This document shows positions 1 to 9,660 of a stretch of 64,000 nucleotides of DNA, in pieces. A program made the translations under genes and the position numbers. Under the pieces are notes generated by a model. It had not been told where the DNA came from. It saw only the letters and a list, made by a program, of their open reading frames with translations, and did not search any database. The stretch is from Macrostomum lignano. Lineage: Eukaryota. The stretch is taken from NCBI GenBank assembly GCA_002269645.1, contig NIVC01002776.1:1-64000 (forward strand), given 5' to 3'. Positions within the stretch are counted from its first letter, which is position 1. The number at the start of each line of letters is the position of its first letter.

Positions 1-627
1 GGTAGCATGTATAGCAACAAAAAAGTTTTGGTCAGGCTCTTTGTGGGGGATACATCTCCCTATCCCCTCCCTATGCCCCTGTTTGGTAAACAATATTAGG
101 ATAACACTAAGGCAGATTTTAGCAAGCAACTATCTTTGTATATCTCTAGCTTTAATCTTATCAATCTTACTAAATCTTTGCTTTGTGCAAATGAAACTTA
201 GCAGGCATGCAGATTGATACATATGACTTTATATCTTGTGGTATCAATAAGGCTACTTAGTATCCTAAGGAATTAGTAACCTAGGGACTTGAATAAACTT
301 GAGCTACCACATCTCAAAAAACTCTGTAATGCTGCCTATAGTCTAGGTTGCATGGCCTTGCAACTGCCCTTTGCCTGCTAATGATTATGGCCCATGCTTA
401 TCTATAGCCTATAGGTTATTTTAGTAGTTAACTATTTTATAATATAATGAAATAGTATATAAAGAGTGGATCAGATTATAGATGTACTGCAAGATAGGAA
501 CAAGAAACTTATTTTATATTTTTTGTACAATAAATGTAGTTTAGACAATCTAGTAATGTTAACTAGTTTTAGCATTGCATTTAGATAGTCAATACCTATA
601 TACAAGTGTAGTGATTATAACTTATAG

Positions 628-2827
628 TGATGTAACCGCCCTTGTCGCCTGTCCGCTCCGTAGAGAGACGAACGCATGACTAGAGGGGCAATGACCGTAG
701 GCTGCCTATGACCGGCAATGACCTGACGGACCTCCAGCACCAGACTGTCCCGCCACATGATTAGTAGCTTTGTAGCGCTTCGTGACCAGAGGGCCAAGGA
801 CCCACATGGACCCCACCTGTAGCCAAGGTGCAATAGTTGGTCACTCGGTCATAGTATGACCGAGTGGCTGCCACCCTCTATGTGACCTGGCGCACCTGGA
901 TCTTTCTACCAGACCTCTCGAGGCTAGAGCCCCGCCTGGATTGGTTACCAGGGGATTTAGGCTAACAGGGGAGACGCATGCAGCCGAGTACAGGGACTCT
1001 GCTTGGGGCATGATCGGGAACTCTGGCTCAATCCTGGAGGATTTCTCAGCAGGGATCCTTTGTGGCTGTGAGCGAGGCTGACTGCGACTTTGATTACTAA
1101 GAGTAGTATGAGGCGAACATGTACTGTCTACAGTTTAGATTGCTCAGGCGAAGGGACGCGTTAGCATGGGTTGCAACCTTCCTACTGCCATGCTGTGCCA
1201 AGACTCGCTAATCCCTCTACTGCACGCACACGCGGCCCCGCAGCACGCCCTCACAGGCGGGCTTTGCACGGGGAGAGGCCATTAGCTTACCCAAACTTCC
1301 TTATGCTTTGCCACCCGGGAGAAAGGCTTAGCAAGCCATGAGTGAAATGATGGTGAAAGATTGGATAATGATGAAGTTAGTTAATAGTTAATAATTAGGC
1401 CCTTAGGCAAATAGTCAGGCAATTAGGCGGCTTCACTATTGAGTAAAATACAGCAAAAGATACGGTATCACAATTGGCTCAGCTCTCTAATCAGACAATG
1501 GAAAATAGGCAAACCCCGGATAAGCAAAGGCAATTAGAGCACAAATTAGTAGCAGGAACTTACCGGCAGCTGCACAGAGAGAGAGAGAGAGACGGAGTGA
1601 CGAGGGCGGCTGTAGGCTGCAGTCAGGCAGACGGTGAAGCGGCGATGCGCTGGAGCGACGAGGCGCTGATGTAGATCAGGCGATGCTGATGATGCGGGGC
1701 GGTATCAGACCGCTGGCCGATAGGCGAGCTCACTTGGGGAGCTAAGGATAACTTGGCGGTAACAGACCGCGGGCCGGCAGGGATTCGTCTTATAGACGAG
1801 TGGGTCAGAACTCAATCTGACAGCAAGTCCAAAGAAGGACGAGGAGAGGAACAGAGATAAACTCAGTTGAGTATTCTCATGCCGAAATCGCTTCCTTTTA
1901 TAGACCTCACAGCCGCCTCCTCAAGGTCGTTACCATGGCTCCCTCTCTCTGATTGGCTGCCGGCAGAATGACGTCAGAATGAGTCATGATGAGAAGCATG
2001 AGACCGGCATAGCAACATGAGAAATCGGGAAATTGCGCAATCCGGAGGTGGGGTGGGGGATAATTGGCGCAGCGGGTGGTCGCGAAAGTGTTGCGCAAGC
2101 AAACATTGAGAACAATAGGGCTGGGGTCGAGAACAAAGGAATTGGAAATCGGGGATAATTGGGGAAAACTGAGAACAATGGAAAAGTAAACATTGGAGAA
2201 AAGGTGATAATTAGGTGCGAAAACGAGAACAAAAGAAAGAGAAAATCGGAGAAAATGTGATAATTGGTGGGGTCGAGAGAACAAAAGAAGCAAAAACGAG
2301 AACAATAGAAGCGGAGGTGGGGTGGGTGTCACATGAGAAATTTGGGAAGGAGAACAATAGCGTGAGAAAAGGTTGCGCAAGAGAGGGGATGAGTCATCGA
2401 TGAGTCACGAGGGGAGAAGGGGTCACACGACTTGCGTCACCGTTTGGGAGTTTGAGAGGGGATGGGGAGACGGTGAGCACACAAAGTACTGTAAGTAGAC
2501 ACAGGGAAAGAGGGGACAGCGCAGGAAAAGAGTGCAGAGGGAGACAAAAAAAGGGAGGAGGTAGAGAAAGTACAGGAAGAATAGGGCGGGAACAGAAGAG
2601 ATAGGGTAGAGGGGGAGGTACAGAAAGGGTAGGGGCTCCGGAAAGGCAGGTGTGGCGGCAGGAGAGACGGGACCAAGGCAGCAGGGGGTGCAGCAGAGCG
2701 GGAGTCTCCAGGCCCGGTCGGAGACCTGGCCGAGTCTCGACAGCTCTGTGCAGAGGGTGCACGGGATAGGAGGCACTTTCGAAAAAGTTCCCATGCCCTA
2801 TCCCGCGACCAGAGCGTGGTTACATCA
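628..2827 (-). repeat. 3' LTR (~2200 bp)
   Basis: Direct repeat of 9661-11878 with a 10-bp terminal inverted repeat. The differences I found are mostly 1-nt homopolymer indels plus rare substitutions. Confidence 0.95.
1896..2407 (-). promoter_or_regulatory. LTR U3 promoter/enhancer: TATA, CCAAT, CRE, AP-1 x3, C/EBP-type palindrome x3
   Basis: Minus-strand TATAAAA at 1896-1902 and CCAAT at 1952-1956. TGACGTCA at 1969-1976. TGAGTCA at 1980, 2390 and 2401. TTGCGCAA at 2033, 2091 and 2373. The same motifs occur in the other LTR. Confidence 0.65.
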
Positions 2828-2844
2828 CACCCCCACTGCCTTTT
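2828..2844 (-). other. Polypurine tract
   Basis: Minus strand AAAAGGCAGTGGGGGTG immediately precedes the 3' LTR. Confidence 0.6.
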
Positions 2845-4351
2845 GTGACGGAACTGGTTCCGTCATCATCACTGCCCAACATGGAACCACACAGACGGAG
2901 CGGGATCTCAACCGAACGTGAAATCACAGAATTAACAAACCGCGAGCGGGAATGGAAAAAGGCGATAAAATAGAGGGGATAGCAATAAATTCACAAAACG
3001 AGATACATAGGTTGGAGTGCAATACAGAATTTCAAAAATTTCAACTGTTGCTGTGGCTAAAGTGGGAGGGGGGAAACACAGACAGCGCAATAGTAGGAGA
3101 AAAATAGCGAATTGTCAACAATAAATTATCATAATTGGATAGAAGCGCAGCTGGGAAAGAGAGGAAACGGGGAAGGTGAGGGAAGTGGGGAAAAAGAAGG
3201 GGGGAAGGGTTGCTAGCACACAGCAAGGGCAGAGCCTCGGGGAGAATGACGATTACACAGGGGAAAAATACTAATGCAGCGCAGTAAATTAATAAGCTAA
3301 TTTCGCCGGGAGTTCAACCGCACGGAGGCCTAGCGTCCTTGAAGGCTCGGACCCCGCTTCAGCCAGTCAGAGGGCTTCGGGGCGATCGGTTGTAGGCTGG
3401 GAGGCCGCGCGCCGTGCGCTGGCCACTGTATAAAAGGCGCCACTGATAACGGGAGCCGGCTGCCTGCAACCTACACGGAGTCGCAGTTTCCAACCAAGGC
3501 ACTCAGCGCGATTTTCCAAACTATACAACTACTCGGTAAGTCCCATCACCAACCTGATTTCCTTTCGCCTATACGTTAAACGAAATCCACCCACTTGCCA
3601 TGCCTTTCATATTAAACTGAGCCAACTGTAGTAGTACAATATGTCTTTTCTTACGGTACTAAGAGTGAGAGGCCAACACAGACTTATTTTTATGAATTTG
3701 ATTGACGCACAACAAAGACTCGTATATTATTAGTAAAAGGTGGCATATTAGAAAAACAAGTTTTTATTAGAAAAATAGTGAAATTAAAAATAGTGGCACA
3801 CACAGAAACACACACAGGCCTCATTCACATCTCCGAAACCCTCAAAAACTTAACAGCCGAAAGAGTTTGAAAGAGGAATTAATCATTAATTTGACTGCCA
3901 CCAGTTTGATGTACTATTATAAAAGAGAAAGGGGAACCTACCACCACCTTGGCGCATTACCAAAGAAAAGAAAAGGAGGATCAGCCACCATTTTGAGAGA
4001 GGTTGCTAGGGAAAACTGCCACCAATTGTACATTAACAGGGAAGAGAAAGAGGGAACCCGTCACCAATTAGAGTGGATTGCCCGGGGAAACTGCCACCAT
4101 TTGCCCTTCTACCAGAGGAGAGGAAGACGAAAAACTGCCATCACTTAGAGGTGTATCATTAAAAGAAGCGGGGAAGAAGGCTACCACTACTTGATCACCT
4201 AGAGCTCAAGGGAAGGAGAGGGAATGAAGAAAGGAAGAAACCCCCAGGAAGGCCACTACCACACGCCATAAAGTTAAAATCCCCATCTATCTACATCCTA
4301 ATACCCGGCTAGTTCCCTACTTCTATTTCATCCCTTAAACCTCATTTTCAG

Positions 4352-4761
4352 GATTCCGGCCGCTAGTAGCCGAGCCCATCCTTGAAGAGGAGTCCGACTA
4401 CGAAGCGCCCGAAGACAGCCATTCAGAGCCGGACGCCCCCTCTGATTCTGGGCCGGCTGCGCCATCTGGTGACATAGGCGCCGCGGCTCCCGGGCCATGC
4501 GACCGCCGGGCCGCCAGCGAACCAGCGTCCGGGGCCGGTTGGCATCCGGTACCACCGCCGTTGTCAGCCCGAGCGCACGCTCCGCCGCCGGTCGCCGCGG
4601 TGACGCCCGTGGCTGCCGCTCCACAGCCCTTGCCAACCCCTGCGGTGGAGACCGACGGCTCCTGGCATTTGGTCGTGCTGTCGACGGCCCTAATAGCCGT
4701 CTGTCTCACTATGCACTGGCTACTGCTCTTGGAGCTATTTCTGCGGCTTCCCAACTGCTGA
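4352..4761 (+). CDS. Putative antisense exon in the LTR element: acidic/Pro-Ala-rich segment with a C-terminal hydrophobic (TM-like) helix
   Basis: Acceptor TTTTCAG (AG 4350-4351) opens a stop-free frame FRPLVAEPILEEESDYEAP...WHLVVLSTALIAVCLTMHWLLLLELFLRLPNC*. Upstream TATAAAA at 3429 and GTAAGT donor at 3536. No in-frame ATG found ahead of the hydrophobic segment. Confidence 0.4.
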
Positions 4762-5343
4762 TGCTGGTGGTTCTTAATGCTTACTTACTAATTCTGAACC
4801 ATCTGTCCCCATAACTTGACTTTAATTACTTACCTGACTTTACATTGACTAAACCACTGGCCTACTCTAAACTAATTGCTGCCCCATTTGCCTGTAAACT
4901 TAATTACATTGAATGCCCCCCTATTGCCTTATCGAAACCAATTAAAAGTTTCCCAAAATCGGACTTTCACAAAGTGTGAACAAACACACGAAATCAGACC
5001 TAAAGGTGCTAATTTCCTACGGTCCCAGACTTCCATTGTTCCCAGAAAATCTTAAACAGCGGGCAGGACCTCCTGTGGAGCAGACCCATAGAAATTTTAC
5101 TAGTTTCCAAGTTAATATTTACTGATAGGGAATTAACGCATACTGTACGGCCTAATTTTCGAGCTAAAATCTTAGATATTTAAACAACACCAACGAGCAC
5201 GAGGTCACAACATAAATTCGAGTAATAGAGGGCATACGTAAATACGCGAAAAGCGGTCTCCAACGGGGCAACACGAGCAAAATTTCGACACGCGAATCGG
5301 GGGGGGGAATTAAGCAATCACTGGCTAGCTACCGATCTGTTAC

Positions 5344-5730
5344 TCAGCGGGGGTCGAATGGGAGACTCACACCTAGCAAGTAAACCTTTTCTGTTCGATA
5401 GTCTATGATAGCATGCGTACTGGCTAGAAAAGCACTACCCAGGAGGGAAACTGCTGCTGAATTGCCAACGACCAGAAAGAGGATTCTCACCTCTTCTAGC
5501 CCAATAACTGCTGTGAGGGTGGCCTGGCCTAGCATCTCTAATTCATTGCCCGTGTAGGACACGGCCTTCACACATGGGGGCTCCAGGGCCTCCACACTCT
5601 GTCCGGTAATTTTAGTAAAGTCTTTGACTGTTAGCAAAGACAGCGCACTGCCCCCATCTACCAGGAGGCGGGTGGGAACATTCTCAATTGGCAACTCTAC
5701 AACAATATCTCTCCGCGTTGTCCTCTAGCT
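5344..5730 (-). CDS. Retropepsin-like aspartic protease (atypical D-G-G motif)
   Basis: LLVDGGSALSLL ... LLGSAFL matches the retroviral protease D(T/S)G ... LLG(R)DFL layout. It lies downstream of gag. Confidence 0.75.
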
Positions 5731-5984
5731 GGTCTTGGCTGATAGAAATCGGGCACCTTCTCAAATCTAAACTTCTTGCTGGGCGGACGTGGCAGGTTAA
5801 GCTGGGCCCTAGAGAGGGAACGGGGCTGAGTTCGGGCCGGGCCATTCAGCCCTCCCACGGGTTTCCCGAACCCGGGGCTCTTCAGGCGTGGGAGGAGGAG
5901 GCATCAGAGCTTGCGCGCGCAGCTGGGCGAGCCTCTCCTGCCTCTCCCTGGTAGCCTCGTCTAACATATCTCTGCCCCAATCCT

Positions 5985-7289
5985 CTAAATCTTGCCTATG
6001 GCGATCGGGTGGCGCACGAAGCTGCAATTGCTGCTGCTGCACACCCGGCGCCGGCGGCGTGGGCGCCTCCTGAATTGCAAGCGGCGGGGCTGGGATTGGC
6101 GCCAGTTCCTACTGTTATTAGAGCCGCCCTGCCCCTGCCTCCAGTTCCTGTTGGGAGTGGCGGGGCGAGGGGGCCTCATCTGCTGGGGCAGCTGGGCAAC
6201 AGACTCTGCTGTCGCCTTCATAGTTTCATTGAGCTGCACCAGCTGGTTGCGCAGATCCTTTTGCGTTTGCTCTAGCGCGCCCAACCTCTCTTGCATCTCT
6301 GATAGGCCGTCACTGTCCTCCTCCGTCTCGTCAGCTTCCTGGTTCACCATCCTGACCCACTTGCGAGGGGGCCTGGGTGGCTGCTGAGGTTGCAGACGGA
6401 CTTCGGTGCGGGACTCAGACTTGGGCGGGCCACTACTGTCCCATTTCCCGGCTAAGTCTGCGGCTTCTAACAGGGCTTGCTGCTGTTCTAACACCTGCTC
6501 AATTGTCTGCCAGCGACGGCTCAACAGATCTTGTCTGACCTGGCGGGGGAGCTTAGCGTGTTCCAAGTAGGTGTACACGATTTCTTGTTCTCTCTGCTCA
6601 CCCTGAATCTGAGGAAACATGGCCGTTATCTGAGATCTTATCATAGCAGCAAAAGCACTATGTGATTGGCCGGGTTTCTGGCTCAGATTCTTCAGCTTAT
6701 TTCTCTTAGCCAGGTCAGTGTTGGCCTCACCTAACTGTTCTCCTAATCTGGCTACGAACTGCTCAAATGGCAAATGCCCGTCCAATCCTAAGGCTAAGTT
6801 CTGAAATTCACCTGGGAGGTGCGAGATGAGCACCTGCTTCCTAGCCTGATCTCCTACAGTTCTCTCCGCGTCCAGCTTGTAGATCATTCTCTCTACCCAT
6901 TGCACAAAACAGTGTTCGCCGGGAGAGAACTTCTCTACGTAGATTTTCGGCCTCTGGGCGTCTTGGCCCATGTTTAGCTGGTTAAACGCATTGGCTATAG
7001 CAGCAACTAAGTCTCCTAGCTGCGGGACTGCCTGAGGAGGATTCTGGGCTGCGTCCGGGGGAGCAGCGGCGGCTGCTGCGTCACCCTGATTGGGAGCGGG
7101 AGCTGCTACTCCTTCATCTGGTTCCTCAACTACTACTGCTTCTGGAGGCTGAGGGACCTGGTTACCAGCGGCTGCGGCCATTGCGGCTGCGGGGGCGGCA
7201 GCTGCTGGGGTGTCAGCGGCCGAGGGTGGTTGACCAGGGGCGTCTGCGCACACAGCTTCTACGACCCTATCTCCACGCGCCCGTGACAT
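5985..7289 (-). CDS. Gag-like capsid protein; probably continues toward the protease across frameshifts
   Basis: 434-aa ORF. KFSPGEHCFVQWVERM...LKNLSQKPGQSHSAFA resembles the retrotransposon Gag capsid (L-x-Q-x-x-G-E-S-like motif). No clear CCHC knuckle. Confidence 0.8.
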   Translation of the reverse strand: MSRARGDRVVEAVCADAPGQPPSAADTPAAAAPAAAMAAAAGNQVPQPPEAVVVEEPDEGVAAPAPNQGDAAAAAAPPDAAQNPPQAVPQLGDLVAAIANAFNQLNMGQDAQRPKIYVEKFSPGEHCFVQWVERMIYKLDAERTVGDQARKQVLISHLPGEFQNLALGLDGHLPFEQFVARLGEQLGEANTDLAKRNKLKNLSQKPGQSHSAFAAMIRSQITAMFPQIQGEQREQEIVYTYLEHAKLPRQVRQDLLSRRWQTIEQVLEQQQALLEAADLAGKWDSSGPPKSESRTEVRLQPQQPPRPPRKWVRMVNQEADETEEDSDGLSEMQERLGALEQTQKDLRNQLVQLNETMKATAESVAQLPQQMRPPRPATPNRNWRQGQGGSNNSRNWRQSQPRRLQFRRRPRRRRRVCSSSNCSFVRHPIAIGKI

Positions 7290-9639
7290 GTGAATGCCGG
7301 ATAGCTGGGGGAGTACCCACTACCGGGAAGGAAAAGAAAAGAAAACCGGGGCAACTACAGGTAAAGACCGAAAAGTTGACCCGAAACACACAAACACACT
7401 CACACACACACAAACACAGACAAAACTCACACACTTGCGGCGTCGAAGAAAACAAATTGAAAAACGGGTGGCTCCACATAATTCCATTTAGGCAGTCCTA
7501 ACGGCTTCACTCGGCAAAGCACACTGACTCAAACTGCGGCTACCACTACCAGTTGTCTATGGCACATCCTGACAGGGAAAAATTGGCTATTCAGAGAGAC
7601 TTGACCTTCATTTTGCGGCCATGCTAGGGAACCCAAATGCCGACCGTAAACGGACTTACGGCACCTGTACAAATTCTCCCCTAGGGTTGCGCGCCGGACC
7701 CCATTTCCTTAAGAAAGCTACTACGAAAAAGCGTTGGCGCCTGGACCCAAAAACCCAAGTGGCGGGAGCAATCCCCATGGAGGTCCTCCCACTTTACTGC
7801 CCTTGCACAGCCGGAAAACCGTCGGAGTCCAGTGGGGCTTCCACCTCAGGACTACCAATCTTGTACACGCAGCTTCACAAAAGGCGGGAATCCAGCTCCC
7901 CTACGTCTAGCAGAATCCACAAAAACCAAGACCTCCCCTTTCTGTTCAGAGCGAAGGCGCGCAGCGGGAGTCCAGACTAAACTGTCCCCGAAGTTTTCAG
8001 GTTAGGCGGATTACAAGCCTGAAACTCTCGCCCGCTTTCCTAGGATAAACAGACCTAAGTGAGTATCTTCCTGAAATGCTTGCCCCTCCGATACTCCACC
8101 TTTGCTGCAGCTCGAAATAGCATACTTGGGACCTTTATCTGATGGCGGAGAAAGTCCTACAGTTGTCAGCCTCTCCACTTTACTGTACTTGAACGCCCGG
8201 TTCTACCAGGAGACAGCGGTACCTCCATCTAGGTTATTCCAAGTTGCCAGAGACGTCAACCCGTCTTATTGACCTTGCGGGGCACTGGGGTGGCACTCTA
8301 TGTACCGGGGCTTTACATTAGGGGACTGCATGCAACCCTGCGTCTAAGCGCTTAGTGGGCTGCAGTGGCCAGAGGGGAAAAGAGTTGCGCAATAGCGCCT
8401 TCCTGGGCCAGGCTGACAAGTCGGGCAGGAGCGCCGTTCTACCGGGTCGGGCTGATTGGCACCCCACCTCCCCTATCAGACTGACAGCAGGGGGGAGGAA
8501 TTACTAAAGGAGGAGAATGCAGCAGGAAACATTACGAGATCACTGGGGGCCACCAGACTTCCAGTACACCATTCCAATACTCACTGAACTCCACTATCAA
8601 TAGGATACTATGGGATCTACTATTTCCAGCCACTGCACCAGCCCAAATGCAACCAAAGCAGTTACTACCGGGTCTGCAATGCAGTGGGGAGAGTCAGCAG
8701 ACACGTTGGGATCGAATCCCAGCCATGAAGGCACCAGGGGTTACCGCAGAATTCCGGTCCGGGCTGATCGCAGGTATTCCATAGGAGGTGACACTTTTTT
8801 TAGCCCGAGATTTTTGAGTCACACTGATACCCTACAGAGATACAATCACACCGCTATTCCCATTCCTGCGAGACTTTGGTATCCCCCAATGTTTCCAAGG
8901 CCATGACTACTGCTTCCCTTACTATGCATATATAGCGAGTTCCCCATAGCCCTTGATAGCTGTTCATTCTAATGGACAAACAAAACACGCTCCGGTCTCT
9001 ACGCATTTCTAGGATTAACTGAGCGATCAGGGAGAGCGACTGTTACACTCCCCGAGTAAAAGAAAGAGGTAGGACAAAGGAAAGAAATGCTTCGCTTCCA
9101 GCTTCCCTGTGCTTGCGTGATGAGGCTTCCGTACCTGGCTGGCTGTCCACCTCAACACTCACACAGTTCTGCTGTAGGCTAGGCGAGAGAAAGAAAGGGA
9201 GGGGAAATAAAGCATATTACCATGAAATAGAAAGTGAGTCCGGAAAATTCACTTTCGCAGTTCTTCACACACTCCGTTACCAGGTAGCTATTCTGATTGT
9301 AATCAAATCCGCTCGTCTACCACTTCACACTTTCTAGCGCTGAAACTGATCGGCTAAATTAATTTTAAATTGAATCAGGGGCTTTTGGCGAATGAATGAA
9401 TTTGGAAATTTCGAATGAATTGAACGAATTCGCAGCCCGAAAAATTTGAAAAGTTACATTAATATTTTTGGATTTTGTTGCCTCACGCCATGGGAGAAGA
9501 GAATGACGATTGGCGATTTTTACGATTGGTAGATTTAGACATGGCACTCTTTGCGCTTCGGCCACCATTCTGAGGGATGCCACAGGTGCGCTTGTCACAT
9601 CTAAACCACCAGTCCGAAACTCAGCGCTGTTTGCACCAG

Positions 9640-9657
9640 ATCCCACCGCTGCCACCA
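9640..9657 (-). other. Primer-binding site complementary to the tRNA-Leu (AAG/UAG type) 3' end
   Basis: Minus strand TGGTGGCAGCGGTGGGAT, 3 nt after the 5' LTR. It is complementary to the known tRNA-Leu 3' end ...AUCCCACCGCUGCCACCA. Confidence 0.85.
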
Positions 9658-9660
9658 TTT

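Noticed and set aside
1660-1740. CTGATGA in the LTR as a possible hammerhead ribozyme core
   Set aside because: No downstream GAAA core or compatible stems found.
8705-8725. GTTGGGATCGAATCCCAGC resembling a tRNA T-arm
   Set aside because: Isolated hairpin; no acceptor, D or anticodon stems can be formed around it.
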